Origin: Phoronis australis
Lineage: Eukaryota > Animalia > Phoronida
Direction: 5' to 3'
NCBI GenBank assembly: GCA_002633005.1
Contig: NMRA01000762.1
Coordinates: 96,562 to 160,561, forward strand
DNA length: 64,000 nt
The notes beneath the pieces are model-generated. The model saw nothing but the letters and a program-made list of their open reading frames with translations, searched no databases and had not been told where the DNA came from. Below are positions 36,901 through 51,200 of this stretch, piece by piece. A program made the translations under genes and the position numbers. The stretch's first letter is position 1; each line of letters starts with the position of its first letter.

Positions 36901-39900
36901 AGTGGCTTATTATTTTGAAACGGTGAACTCACTTCAGCACAGAATGAAATGTAAGTACGGTGACTATGCAGCATCATGTCGATCATTTACCCTGTAAAGT
37001 TGGAAAATCTTAATAGGCTTTTCTAACATGACTGAAGATTTTTTGGTATTATGGCTCTGAATAGCTTTTCAAACACTGCTCAAGATTTTCAATCCTTGCT
37101 GTGTAAGGCTAGAGGTATATCCTTGAGATTTAAAATTGCAACCACGTGTGTTGTTGGAGGCTTCAGTCACAGTATCGAGTTCACCACCTGTGTCACTCAA
37201 TAATGTGTGACTGTGTGTGTGTTGTTGGAGGCTTCAGTCACAGTATCGAGTTCACCACCTGTGTCACTCAATAATGTGTGACTGTGTGTGTATTGTTGGA
37301 GGCTTCAGTCACATAGTATCGAGTTCACTACCTTTGTCACTCAATAACGTGTGACTGTGTGTATTGTTGAAGGCTTCAATCACACATTATTGAGTTCACC
37401 TCCTGTGTGCCTCGATATTGTGTGACTGTGTGTTTTTGGAGGTTTGAGTCGCACATTGAGTCCACCACCTGTGTCACTCAATCCTCCAATGACACGTACA
37501 CACTCATGCAGTATGTATGTAAAGAGATTTGGAGACCTTGTCTGATTCTTTTTCAAAATCTTCAGGACTGCTAAAGAGAAGAAACTTCGCATCTGGAAGG
37601 ACTTTGTCATGACGAGCACATCACCAGAGGTTAAGGATAAATACCAGGCCAAGGTCATCGAAGTCGTCAATGCAGATTCTTTGGTTTTAAAGACATCGAT
37701 GGGCGAGACGAAAATCTTTTTGGCCAGCATTCGACCACCAAGGTAGTAAAATAATGCCCCGAGGCATGGTTTATTACGGAGTAGATGTTTTGGAGAAGTC
37801 AAAACTGGTACTGGAATATGTTTGCTGCCTAACATTCACTAGAAAGTATAATTTTCAGTGTGTGATGTTAAGGCATTGAGCCTATGTGTCTGCTACATGA
37901 ACTTAGTTACATGTGCTGGTTGCTCAAGTGATCATTTGAAATTGTATTTGCAACCAAGGGTTATGGGGTGGTAGAGTGGAGATTAGATCTGGTTGTGGTG
38001 GTAATTCAAAGTACACGCTGCGCACTCTATTGGTTTCTCTGGAGTTATATTGCTTCGTATTGTTGACTATTTTTACATGTTTCAGGTTGCCTCCTCCGAA
38101 GGAAGATGCTGAGCCAGCTCCCAAAAAAGACCCTAAACAACGATCACGGCCCCTGTACGACATCCCGTACATGTTTGAGGCGCGTGAGTTTCTGAGGAAG
38201 AAATTGATTGGTAAGAAAGTTCACGTGGAGGTGGATTACGTTCAGCCTGCTTCCAACGAGTACCCGGAGAAAACCTGCTGCACTGTCATCTTTGGTGGAA
38301 TGTAAGTGTGTGTTAACGTTGTTACCACCGGTCTAGATTGTTGTTTCGTGTTTGGAAAATTAAGGTATTAACAAAGTTATTACAGGCAATCTGCTTGAAT
38401 TCTATTGCTGGCCATAAATCTTATGCAAGCTTGCTGACATGATGTGCTTAATTTATGATGCTACCATGCAATGGTTGGTAAAGGGGCGACAAAATTCAAG
38501 CCTGGAATTTGACATCAAACACGTTCTTATCTAAAAGGTTCTCACTGACCATGTCTGTATTGAAGCGTAACAACATCGCATTTCATTGAATCATTTTAAA
38601 AAGTCCAAAACAATTGAATTACACCAAGAGCTATTTGCAGTATACTTTCATTTTTAGTGTCATCCTAATTGGCTCGTAATGCATGAATAATTTGTTAGTG
38701 GTACTTTAATTCCTCATAGTTTACCCACAATGCAGCACTCCCATCTGACTTTTCCAACCTCGTTTTAACATTACTTGCCGTAGGTATGTGTCTAACTGCA
38801 CTTTTCAGTTTTGAAGAAATTTTATTGCAACATTCTTTGTTCCAATGCTACATAGTGTGTTGCAGTGTTACCACCAACTGTCAAGTCAGCATATTTCATG
38901 TGTCTGTGTAATGTGACATGATTCTGTACTCGTTAGCTTTAGCAAAATTATGCAAATAGAGTGAAAGCTTAAAAGGTACGGTGAAACAGAAAAACACATT
39001 ACTTGCAAAAACGTGGATTTTTTAAAATTAAGAACCAAAATGATCTGCACAGAGTTTGATTGCATTTTAGAAACATTGCTGAAGCCTTGATCAGTAAGGG
39101 ATTGGCCAGCGTGATTCGCTATCGTCAGGATGATGACCAGAGGTCAAGTCGCTATGACGAGCTGTTGACAGCAGAAACAAGGGCCATGAAGAATGCCAAA
39201 GGCATTCATAGCAAAAAAGAGTCTCCACTTCACCGTGTTGCTGATATTTCCGGGGTTAGTGTACGCTCGGTAGTTCTCAAGTTTCCGTAAATCTGTTGAA
39301 AGGATACTAAACCCTGTTTTGATGATTTCCACCAGTCCTCGTTCTGTCACTTGCTAATGCATCATTGGCGTCAGTTTTCCAAGTTAAAGGCGGGAATCAA
39401 CTAGTGACTCATATTCCCCGTGTCACAGATTGGACATTATGGTACTTGGTGGGTGGTCTTTTACAACAATTGTTGTGTAATTTGTTAAGAGGATAGGTCA
39501 TGCGGGCACATCTAGCTTAATTTAAAAGGAGTTTTCAAAATTTTCTCCAAACTTTTGAGGGTTACAGAGCGTTATTTTGTTTCAGAAAACTGGATTTGAA
39601 AACCGTTTTTAGTATCCTGTTCATAGGCAAAAACGTTGTTTGATATCCTTTTAAATATGCGGTTTAAAATGGGGTTGCATTGTAGGTGTAGGCTCATATG
39701 AGTATTTTTGTCAATGGATATTAAGAGACTTTGCTTGTTTTCTGTAATGTTGGAGTGACTGAATGGATTCATGATCTGAAATTCTTTGCCTTCGCGACAT
39801 CAATGAGAAACACGACGGTGTGTCTGATTTCCAAAACGAGGTCACGCACTTTCTTATCTCTGGGACAAAGGAGAGCTCTATCACCGTGTAATCTGAGATG

Positions 39901-42900
39901 GCCCTATTGAAGTACTGTTAGATATATACTAAGTGTTTTCTTCTTGGTAATTGGAAATTGCGTGTCAACACGGGTCTAATGTATTATTCATATGTCAGCT
40001 GTATTAGCCTCACTTAGCATCACACACATCTTTTGACAGGATGTCACCAAGGCCAAGCAGTTCCTGCCATTCCTTCAGAGGGCAGGCCGATCAGAAGCCA
40101 TTGTGGAGTTTGTGGCCAGCGGTTCCCGCTTGAGACTGTACCTCCCCCGAGAGACTTGCCTTATTACGCTACTTCTTGCAGGTAAGCCAGCTTCTAGTGA
40201 GATTGGGGGAGAAATTATGTCAAAGAAATACGGTGGTCTATTTGGTTTTTGGTCCAGCAAGACTTATATTTAAATCGTGTGCACATATGCCAGTGGTTGT
40301 TCGTTAGAAAATCCATTAGGGTTGATTCTCATTCAGTCAGTGTTGGCAGTTTAAATAAAGAATTTGTTTTTTTACCGTTTTTTGTGCAGTAATTGCACAC
40401 AGGTATCAGGTCCTCTGTAGCTCAGTGGTAAGAGCACTAGATCGGTAATCTAGAGACCTGTGGTTTGATTCCAAGTTGGGGTTCCTGATTTTTCTGATTT
40501 TTTTTTAATATGTTTTTTGTGTTTATCTCGGATTTTGTCTCAAGCGCATAAATTGAGAATTTTAAGGTGGCGCATGTGACGAGTTACGTACAAACTGGGG
40601 CAGGTGTATGATAGTAGAATGTGTTAGGTTGAAATGGTAAGTAGTGCGGTGGTCCCTTGAAAATATTCAGAAATGGTAACCCAATAATACCAGCTGGTAG
40701 ATTGTTCTACATTACTGCTATGGTCGGGAAGAAGGAATTGTGAAAACACGCTTTACCACTGTCAGAAAAATCATTGGTAAACAATTTACTTGTTCTCCAT
40801 TTCAGGCATCGATTGTCCGAAAGTTGAGCGCAGATTGCCCTCTGGTGTCATCCCTGGCGAACCCTGTGGGGAACAGGCATACCGCTATATGAGGGAGTTG
40901 TGTCTTCAGAGAGAGGTGAGCAGTGTATGATTGGTCAAGAAAGAGAAAATATACAGGAGCCGTTCTAATTTACAAAATAATGTGTGTCTGAAATCGGACT
41001 TAATTTGTTGTGCGATTCTCATTCAAATACCTGACTTTGATAATTTCATTTCTTATTGAGTTTTTGTTTCTGATTTTTTATATGTTATTTCAATAATGAA
41101 CTTCGGCCATGTGACATTACAATGACACATGGGCAAGGTTCATCTTTGAATAATACTGCATTGATTCGATTTGTCCATTGAACACGTCTGTCAGTCAGTT
41201 CGAGAGATTCTTTGCAAAGCTAAGTCGTCACAATGCATCACTGGGAATTCCAATGTGCCAAAGGATCTGGGCATGTACCAAATGCTCCCTGCGTGGGAAA
41301 TTAATATCTTACAACATTGACAAACCTAGAATTCTTCAATTGCTGATGTCATCCAGGTGGTTTGCTAAGTGTGAACAATTCCTGTAGAAGTGGCCTCCCC
41401 TGTATTTCAGGTTGAGGTGGAAGTTGAGGGTATTGACAAGGGAGGCAACTTCATTGGCTGGCTGTTCACTGAAGGTATCAATGGATCTGTGGCTCTGGTC
41501 ACTGAAGGCCTGGCTAAGATTCACTTCACTGCTGAGAAGAGTTCTCATTACCAAGCACTGACTACAGCTGAGGAGAAAGCCAAGGCAGCTCGCTTAAATG
41601 TAAGTTCTTGTGTTGCTAGGGTATGCGGAGTGCCCAGTCTGATGATGTAGACGGTGTACACCTTTAAAGAGCCAAGGCGTGTGCGATGTCCTTGTAGAGT
41701 TATTGTATACGGGTGCCTAGTTCAGTGCATTTGTGTGTTGGCTGTTCTTGCTTTTAATTAGTTGTTTCTGTTCGCGTGTTTGTGGTAATGACAGCAGTGA
41801 TAAGGGGAGGATTACTTCTAAATTATAAATTTGTGTTACAACTTTTGGTAGTGGTTTAGTTATGTGTCTGTAGTGACCGTGAATGCTGGTTAAAGCGATA
41901 TTAAACTTGTGCTTTCTGTCAAAAAACAAGTTTTGGTTTAGGCCATCTACTGTGATTGTTCCTTACTGGGGTAAGAAGTGGTCACTCTGCTCGCGTAGAA
42001 CTAGCTGTTCATTATTTGTTCATGCCAAGCTTATAACATTTCAGGTGTAGGGTGAAGTTTTATGAACGTATTTTCAAGAAGTAGCAAACTGTCACTACCT
42101 TCACAGCCCAGGAATCACATCTAATTTGATTTAAGGAACAATTTGTGACCAATTTCTTAACAGCAAGGGGTGTCAGTCTAAATTAATTGTTTTTTGACAG
42201 ATAGCAGGGGTTGCATGCCGTTTTAATCAAAAGATGATTGTGTTTTGATTGGGTCTTGTTAGACACGCTGTGTTGATTGACAGGTGTACGCTGTGTTGAT
42301 TGACAGGTGTGGCAGTCTTATGAAGAGCCCAAGGAGACCGTAGAGGTAGCAGAGGAACCGGCGGAGCGTAAGGAGAATTACCTGAGTGTGGTCGTCACAG
42401 AGGTGTCTAATGATCTGCATTTCTACGCACAACATGTGGAGAAGGGTATGTGATAGGGGGCAGTGGTCGCTGTGGTGGTGAAGGAGGGATTCCACTAATT
42501 ACCTTTGACCTATTGACCCAATTGTATTACTGTATACTGGATTGCAAGTGACATCTTGAATTGCTTGTGTGTGCGTGGGTATGTGTGGTCATTATCTAAG
42601 TCACTGACTGAATATTTACATATTCCATACGAGGGAGCATTTTAGCTGTGGAAGGCAGCACTGTGAATTATTATTTTTTCATCTTGGGCAATTTCCAATA
42701 GATGAGCAGTAACAGAATATTCAACAGTAATTTTTTTGGGCAGGCCAAGCAGAAGTGAAAACTTCTGCCAAAATAGAACTAAGCAATATAGTAGTGTACA
42801 GTTTTGATCCTTCCTTTTTAACCCAGCCTCTGTGTCAGAGTAACGCTTCTTCATACTAAGGTCAGTGCACTTAACGGTTGTTTGAGAGGGTATTTGCGCG

Positions 42901-45747
42901 AAATTGCCTCTCTGTTCAAATTGTATCAATGTCTGTTGCAGAACAACAGCTGGTGAAAATGATGGAACACCTGCATCAGGAGCTGGAGTCTAACCCCCCG
43001 CTGGCTGGCGCCTACCAGCCCAAGAAGGGTGACCTGTGTGCTGCCAAGTTTGTGGATGGCGTGTGGTATCGCGCCCGCGTCGAGAAGTTGGAGCGAAGTA
43101 AAGATGGCAGTGTGAAGTACCTCGTGCAGTACATTGATTATGGCAACGTAGGTGTCTATATTGATGTCACCTTGTGGAGATTTCCAGCATACATCATTAG
43201 CTGTATGCAAACAGAGATTTTGGAACCAATTTTACCAGTGTTTAGTCATTGTCTGACTACATCCAGTGTTCTGTCTAGTGTCCTTAGCTGTAGTGTCCTT
43301 AACGACGAGACAATTTTTGCCATCAGATATCACACTTTTCTGAGCTAGACTCTAAAATGAAAAAGATGACATTTTTAACATGATTGTTGTAAACTTTATA
43401 AACACATAATGCGTTCATTATATACGATCATCTTTGAATTAAAGCTGCGAAAACTTTGTCCAATGTGTCTTTAGTGTTTACAGTAACAGCAGTCTGTGGT
43501 ATGAGAAAGATCAAGGGTCTGTTTTATGAAAAGTGACTCTAGTCAGACATTTGGTCTTGCATTTCACATTTTAACTGCTTCTGCAAAATAATTTAAACTC
43601 ACATTAACATGAGTATGTGTATATATACACCCGTGACTGTTAGTTCCTGTGATATTTTTAGATTGTGACATGCTAATGATTTCATGGCTGAACTGTGAAG
43701 TGGGACTGTAAGACTGGATTTCTGTCTTGTCTTGAACGACTTTTCATGAAACTGGTCCCAGATGTCATTTGTGCTCGGTGAACTGATCTACTGTATGTAA
43801 TGTCCTATTCTTGTTGTTTGCAGCGTGAAGTGGTTGCATCGAACAAGATGGTCGCTTTACCCAGCTCATTTGTGAGCCTGCCTCCTCAGGCCACTGAGTA
43901 TGCCCTAGCTTGCGTGGAACTGCCCTCTGATGTAAGTGCACGTACTAGTTTCAACTCACTGTTCAAGTTTCTACTGAGTAATTCTAATCGTGACAGTGCA
44001 CATTACTCGACGGCTTTGCAATGATCGATGTTTTGAAGGATTCTAGCGTTAGTTGTCCACAGGACCATTTTCCTCAAGTTTGAGGATAAAATGTTTTATG
44101 CCTCCTCGTTTTGTTGATCTTTTCGTTTCATAATTTTGTCATCCGCACATTTCTAAGAGCAGTAGAAGTGGTCAAAATGCTGAAAAATGGATAGTAATGG
44201 TGACCTTAATAATGATTATATTGGGTTTACTGAATTCTGTCATCATTTAGACTCATGCTAGACCTGGAAAAGAATAATTTCTGTTGCTTGGACAACTCAA
44301 GGAAAATAAAGTCTAAGGTTAATAGAAAATTCTCTCTAGATGAATAAAACTTTTTCATTTATAGAGTTGCTGTTCGTTCTTGTAATCAATGATTGGCGAC
44401 GGTTATTTGTAAAAATGACTGTACAATACTGTTTGTTGTGGGGAAATGAAATTTACATCCTAGAAAACTGTTAGAAAGTTAAAACCCAGTGCAACTAGGA
44501 GCCATCGCTACTACTAGTTTTCTCGCTCGTTCTATCCTGTTCTATGCCCCTTCACTACGTCTCCTCTCATTTCCTTCGTTACAGGAGGAGTACATTAACG
44601 AGGCTGTTGATGCTCTGTACAACGACATTAACAACCGTAAGTGTCTTCTCAACGTGGAGTACAAGACAGGTGGCGTAGAGCATGTGACCCTGCTCTACCA
44701 GGACACGAAGGATGACGTCGCCAAGGCTCTGGTCAGTGACGGTCTGTTATTGGCTGAGGCGCGTCGTGAGAAGCGTCTCGGAAAGATTGTGACTGAGTAC
44801 TTTAAGGCGCAAGAGAAGGCAAAGGCAGATCACGTAAGTGTTGTGTCCTTTGATGTCATCGCCAATGACTGCACTTGATTGACGTTGCCAGTTCTGCTGG
44901 TCCACTAGCTAAAACGTGTGCTTGATTCTGATGAATTCTGTCTTAGTGCATTGACCCAGTGGCACCAGTGAAGTCAATCTATTATAGCTAATATCCTGAC
45001 ATGATCGGGGCTTGTGAATTTATATTGTTAATTCACCTGCTTACTTGTCGGGCTGATAAGTGATGCAGCGATCTTAAAATGGGGGCCTCATTTAGGTGTC
45101 ACGTCACAATGGCTGTGGCTTTGTTTATAACGTCACTGATATTATGACGTCAAAATGTATCTGTCCCACAGTTTTGTCACTTAAGTGAAAGATTTTAGTT
45201 ATCCCAATTGTGTCATAGGAAAAATCCATGTACAAAGTCGAGCATTTTTGTTTTCAAAAGGAGCAGAAAAAATGTGGTTTGTAATCGCTGCATCTAGTAT
45301 TGCATTTGAGTCATTGTTGAAACACAAAAAAACACTTGATGTGTTTTGTGTTTCTGAAAAGAGAACAGTGGTGGATCTGCAGCAAGGGTGTTGTGCAATC
45401 TTCATAGTCCCCATCCTAGCAAAAAAACCTGCTGACTTCATACTTTTTAGGGCTCGTTGCCCCGTTCCAGTGTTCTTCATAATAAAAGTATTGGCAGAAA
45501 AAAGAATTTTGACACAGAGGTACTTTATGGAAAGGGAGGTAATTAAACCACCTAACCCCCCATTGTTAGTTTAAGAGGACCACTCCAATGTCTCAAGGCT
45601 GTTTTGTTTTGAATTTAAATCACCACAAGGTCTTCTAGTTCAAATTTTTGGATTTAATATTAATATTTCTTGGTTTTGCAGCGAAACCTTTGGCGCTATG
45701 GTGACTTCACAGCGGACGACGCCAAAGAATTTGGTTTCCAGCGCTAA
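27914..45747 (+). CDS. SND1: Staphylococcal nuclease domain-containing protein 1 (Tudor-SN). Exons: 27914-27955, 29345-29494, 30246-30369, 31021-31102, 31624-31784, 32741-32832, 33664-33819, 34072-34178 (exons 6-8 duplicated at 35354-35445, 36276-36431, 36684-36790), 37566-37742, 38086-38301, 39071-39254, 40040-40181, 40806-40915, 41411-41599, 42307-42445, 42942-43147, 43824-43931, 44585-44833, 45682-45747
   Basis: All junctions GT-AG and phase-compatible. Translation has [106 protein letters not shown], Tudor [18 protein letters not shown]...YIDYGN, and C-terminal [20 protein letters not shown]. Confidence 0.97.
28348..28471. repeat. Short fold-back (hairpin MITE-like) in SND1 intron 1
   Basis: GATTTGAGAACCAGTTACCGCCACTAAATAA / TTATTCAGTGGAAGTAACTGGTTCTCAAATC inverted arms, with weaker outer arms. 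Confidence 0.65.
32117..36852. repeat. 2.1-kb duplication of SND1 exons 6-8 (32117-34240 / 34718-36852) around an 8-N gap; probable allelic haplotype artefact
   Basis: Coding exons appear identical, introns differ by scattered SNPs and indels, copy 1 ends exactly at the gap, and exon 8 (phase 2) to exon 6 (phase 1) would frameshift. Confidence 0.88.
34249..34717. mobile_element. End of a hAT-like DNA transposon inserted in one haplotype of SND1 intron 5
   Basis: Sequence absent from the first copy; ends ...GGTAATTCCAAGCCCTG (reverse complement CAGGGCTTGG, hAT-like terminus) immediately before CTTTACATGG where homology to 32117 begins. Confidence 0.55.
37146..37482. repeat. Minisatellite, about 70-bp unit, about 5 copies, SND1 intron 8
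   Basis: GTGTGTTGTTGGAGGCTTCAGTCACAGTATCGAGTTCACCACCTGTGTCACTCAATAATGTGTGACT repeated. Confidence 0.9.
40409..40486 (+). mobile_element. tRNA-derived SINE head / tRNA pseudogene in SND1 intron 12
   Basis: A box TAGCTCAGTGG, anticodon arm CTAGA-TCGGTAA-TCTAG, degenerate B box GGTTTGATTCC, followed by T-runs; T-arm and acceptor stem imperfect. Confidence 0.6.
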
Positions 45748-48294
45748 AAAGTACATACACGACCGTCAACACAAGAGAAAATATAGAAAATCTTATTTAT
45801 AAAACGACAACACAAGTGACGTATAGGCCGGTTTAATGAGATTTATTCTTTGGTTGCTATGGTAAAGGCGACACAACACAACACAACAACACGAGTGAAA
45901 TATAGGGATTTATTTTAATGTTTGATAATGATAATTATATTTTGAAGTTGTTGGCAGCATTTTTATGAAGCGTTGTTAATTATAACAGAACAAACAATTA
46001 ATTGTTGAATTGATTCAGTCAATTAGCCAGTTATGCAGGGTTTTACCAAATGTTTCTTCCAAAGCGAAGCAAGAGAATGGTGCAATGTTACGTAGGGTAT
46101 AGAATTCCACTTAGTCCTGTGAATGGAATTTATACCAATGTGTTGCGTGTCTGATAAAGCATTGGCTAATAAACGCAGTCATTTCAGTTGCATTGCCTGT
46201 CGTGATCAGAACAAAATAAAGTGTGTATTTGAAGCATTGAGGAACTGTCATTATCAAACAACACTTGATCAGCTCCATCTTGAGGCTTGGGGACAAGGCT
46301 GTACTCGCAAGAGACCATGGTTCTACTTCCAACCAAAATGTTTAAATTGTTGGATAAAATGCAGGTGCAGAATGTAAAAATTCTGACTTGAACCAAGTTT
46401 TCGAGAGGAGACGAATCTAATGCACGACTGTTTTGGACCAGGTCTTTGATATAAAAATAGTCTTTTAAAGTGCTATACATTAACGAGTTTGCAAAATCAA
46501 AGTCCGTGAATTTAAACTATAAATCAAATTTGCTGTGGCGAATCTAGTTGCTATAACAATTGTTAAGTCCATTTGGTAACCATGGGAAATAAGAATTTAC
46601 AGTAATCTGTATTTTAGGCAAAAATGGGCTTTTGACAATGACGTGTGTGGTGACGTGAACAACAGTACGTTGTCAAATATCCCAGAACTATATGCATCAT
46701 GAGAGTAGCTTTCCCAGGAAAGTACACCTAGTTGCACAGTGTTGCAGCCATATCTAATTAACATAAATTATGTGCTGTGGATATAGCACAACATTTAGTC
46801 ACATGATGTGTTTGGGGGACGGCAGCGCATTAGCATCTGGAGGTTTATCCCCAATGAGGATCAGTGAAATGAAAACTGTGGACTTAAGTAAATTTCAATT
46901 TTATTAACCTTTAATAAAAATCCCAGCCAAATGTATACTATGCATAAATTATAGGACAGTATAGTATTACAAGACGGTAAATCTAAATCATATGACAGTA
47001 CTATAGGAAATTTCCAACACCAATGTGTGCAAGGCAAGAGAAGCACAAGATCAAAACTACATATAGGTGGCGCTAGATGTGCACAACCCTTTTTGAGTTG
47101 TGAGAAATTCCAATGTTTTGCTCTCAGACACGACTCTGGCAAACACTTGTTTAATTGTAATCCACCCCCTGTATCACAAGAAAGCAAAACAATCATGGGC
47201 ACTTGTCTGTCACACTGTCATTTGGAACTATAAAGCAGCTCTAAGTCAGACTCATCATAAAAAGTATCTTATTGATTTGGATCATTTATCGTCATGAAAC
47301 TGGGTCTCAAAATTTTATGTATGAAAATAAGGTGATGTCATGGTTTTGAAAGAACTGATAATTCGTTATACATTGAGATCAGGCTTTACAAACTGGCCAT
47401 CCATGGCGATTTTATGTGCTAGCACGGTCTTTTGGAATAACAAACTCATTGTCAGTCAGTTCTTTACAACCTCAAAGCCACTTCTCATCCGAGTACGGAG
47501 CAGACGATGTTTAGCAGGACATGGCCTAAATATATCAAAAGTTCCCGTAATGAACAGCTTCTTTTAACAGCTAATTGTAACAACAATTAAAAATAGAAAC
47601 AACGTAGCACTGCAACAGGTTGCGCCAATGTTATATTCAGAAAAGAAAAAAATCGGCAGCAACATAAAAAAACAGACACCACAGCAAATACATTGTAATT
47701 ATAAAATGAAAAATTTTACAAAATATAAAATACATGTAAATAGAGAAAAATCTATGAATATTCATAAATACATCAGAAATAACTAATTCTAAGAAAAAAT
47801 TAACATCACCAAAATTACAATGGAATGCTTATGTCAGAGTGAATCTCACACTTTTCATCAAGGATGAGCGAACAAATTATTAACTTCACATTGTAGGAGA
47901 ATACACAGAGATAACACCTGTGTAAAAACATATTTAAGTACTTAGCAGTGAAGAAGCACTAAATATCATTGCCACCTTTTATAGAATCAACATACTGACA
48001 AAGGACCTATGTCCTATCACCTAATAGTTCCACCTTGAAATGAACTTCTCCAAATAATTTTGACCATTCCTATGCAAATTTCATTGTATTTTGACCTAAA
48101 GCAGAAGTCCTGACAAATTTTACATCAAGCATTCAACACACTTTTATTGATACCTCAAACCCTAATATATACAGAGGGGCACAGTGGCCATGTCTCCTGT
48201 ATACTGCAAAAACAAATCCAAGATTCTTTTTTGCTAAAACTGATCAGCAATGCAGTGCAATCCTCATGGACCAAACCAACAATGAGTGTTTTCA

Positions 48295-51200
48295 TCACTC
48301 CACAAGCTTGACAGCCAAATTCTGTTTGGCAGGATATTCCACAGTATACCTGACGACCAGTTCTTCAGACTTTCCAGCTGCAAGTTCTAAATCCCACTCG
48401 ATGTTTTTCTTTGAGTTGAGATATACTGTCTCAGTCTTGGCTGTTGTTGTCTTGATGGCTGGCTCCAACAGTGTGACCTAAAACACAGATGATCTTGTAT
48501 GCTGACTGCAGGCTGATGAGCCATCATCCATTGCAAATAGCATATTAAAGATTTTCACTAACAGCAGCATTCCCTTCTCATGAACACAATCATTTTGTCA
48601 CAAGCTGCTTTCTGAAGTTCACTTCTTCAGCACTGAAAATTTTGGTCTTATTAACAACTTTATATTCAAGAATCTATTAAATTGTTTTCTTGTTAAACCA
48701 GTTCTTTTCTCATGGCCAAAAAACTAATCGCTTTTAATAAAATAATGTATGGGCAATTCTTCACTTATATAATAGCACACAATATGGCAGACAAGCGAAA
48801 TTCTTTTTCATTGAATTTCTCCACAAAAATAAAGTGTTTAATCTTTATGTTAAGAGAGCATGATTTTAGTCTATTTCAAGCATGGATTGTCTTCTGTAGT
48901 TGTCATAAAACAATATTTGATGAAACAGTCTGTGGTAAATCAAGATGTCTTTCAGTTCTTAAGGTTCATTCCACTTAAGCCACATGACAGCTGTCTTGAA
49001 AGTACATCCGTGTCCAACAGCAGTAACAAAACTATGTGTACCCATGCAAAACAAATACAGTGAACTACCACACTATAACACTTCCATTATTCGTAAAAAC
49101 ATAATCAGCCATTGAAAAATCAAGAAAGACCACTTTGTGAAAATTAAGTGGTGAATTACCCTAAGGCAGGACCACTACATTTTACATCACTTTGGCTTAA
49201 ACATCGATCTCAATCGCCTGTGAAACTGGAAAAATCGTGCAACATTCCCAAACAAGTCCAAAAATTACCCCAAAATGAATACAAAAGAGATTAGATCACC
49301 AACTCACCTTAATCTTATCCTCGGTACTTTGAGGTAAATAGTCGGTAACCATCACTCTGACAGGTACAGTCCGCGTGTTCCTCACTACGATCGTTCGCCG
49401 GTAGGTGATGGTCGTCATCTTGGTAAATGTGCCCGACTGTTCTCTGAACTTAGTGATGGCGTTATACACCACCTTAACAGCAGGGTCCACACCCAGAGAA
49501 CACTCAAACACTTCAGAGGGACTCACACCTCTCAAACTGGTCTAAAATGTATAATAAATCTTAAGATACAGCAGTGCAAAATGTTGTATAGATTCTCAAA
49601 ATATATAGATTCAACAATGTGATATTTCTAACATGACATCAAAACAGTTACTAAAACAAAGAGTGACAGACATTTTCCAAATCCAAATTTTCACAGTGCA
49701 AATAAGCACAGTTGGAACCAGCAACATGTCCGACAAAGATGATGGTCAGTCGCTAAGCACAACAGTTCAACAAAACCACGGATCCTAACCTTGGAAATGA
49801 AGTTATTATCCAGGAACACATTGCCCGGTCCCGCCAGGAGTGCGTACGCAGACGTGTTCTTCACCTTAGCAGTCAAGAAGCAGTGTTTGGCCTTGTGCCC
49901 TCCACTCTGGTATTTGAAGGTCGGTTGAAGGTCGATGAAAGCTATGGCAACCTACAAGGAATGATACTGAGTGAAACGTTCAGATGTACTATGTTTATGG
50001 TCAGTTGGTGACATTTTGGGTGTAGTTATAGAAGTGGGACAGCTCTGCCACAAGACAAACAGTATAGTTTTAATAGCAGACAAAAGCTCGCCTAATGGTT
50101 ACATGACCTAAAAGGCACCAGGTTGGCAAACCAGCTAAATTTACTAAGCCTCCAAAATCTTTTGCCATAGCCGCCATTAACCATTGAAGATCGCATGCTC
50201 AGTTGACAAATCGTCTGGATAACCTCTTTACATTTGCAGCACCCTACTGTGACCACAAACAAAACTGTCAGTGATAAAACGGACATACTGTTATCAGCAA
50301 AAATCCTTACTTCAAAGATTCAGATTGGAAGTCATAAAAAATGCTTGAATACTTTGGGCAGTGCTCAAAAACAGCCCAATCAAAATATTAATATGACCAG
50401 AGTGGATTTCCGCTGTTCTACTTTTATTTGAAGTCGCTATTTGCTATGCAATAAGACTTTTTGTTCAGTACTTTGCACAAACTTACATTTTGGTCAGTTG
50501 GTAATTGTATGTCACCAAAAAGCATAAAGGCTTAACACAATATTCCAAACAACTGTTGAGCATAGATTGAAACCATTGTTGAAAATTGAATGGAAATGGT
50601 GGATTTTTGACAGTGAAGCAGATGTGCTTATCTTTCATATGCAGCTGAACTTAACGTATGCGGTTTTGTGACATGCCAGTGTCTAAGTATCAAAAACAAA
50701 TCGATGTGCAATTTCCACACGCGTCACAGAACCCTAGGTTCTTTTGATACAAACCATACCATAAAATCACACAAATCAGTGAAACAAGTAGAGGCCAGAC
50801 AAGAAGGTACTTTTTGGGGGAATACAAGATCCCCCAGAGAAGACACAAAATGATGAAATCCCTCCCTTTCACCCCTCCATTCAATAACCCACCAAAGATG
50901 ACACCAGGAAGCGTAATACCCGAGACAGCAAAATACCCACCCTGAGTTGTTGGCACATCACTATTGCTCCCTACAATGACCTATTTCTCTAATAGGCCAC
51001 CAGGGCAATTCACTACTTTTGACTCAGGTTTAGGTCTAAATGCTACTGACTAATGGAAGTTTGGGTCAACACTGAAAACTCAAAAACACTATCTATTATG
51101 TTTGTTAGATATAAATTTGTCTACTGAGCAATTTATTCACTGCTCATGTTTTATACAATTCTTATGTCACTGATTCACGCACAATGCTGTATATACGGTA

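Noticed and set aside
37380-37835. 151-aa minus-strand ORF nested in SND1
   Set aside because: Antisense shadow of exon 9 plus minisatellite; no recognisable motifs.
40409-40486. Functional tRNA-Thr(GGT) gene
   Set aside because: B box and T-arm degenerate, acceptor stem imperfect, and GGT is not a normal eukaryotic Thr anticodon; better explained as a SINE head.
45854-46590. Isolated X-box-like words in and after the SND1 3'UTR (GTTGCTATGGTAAA, GTAACCATGGGAAA)
   Set aside because: Single imperfect matches away from a ciliary gene promoter; compatible with background frequency.
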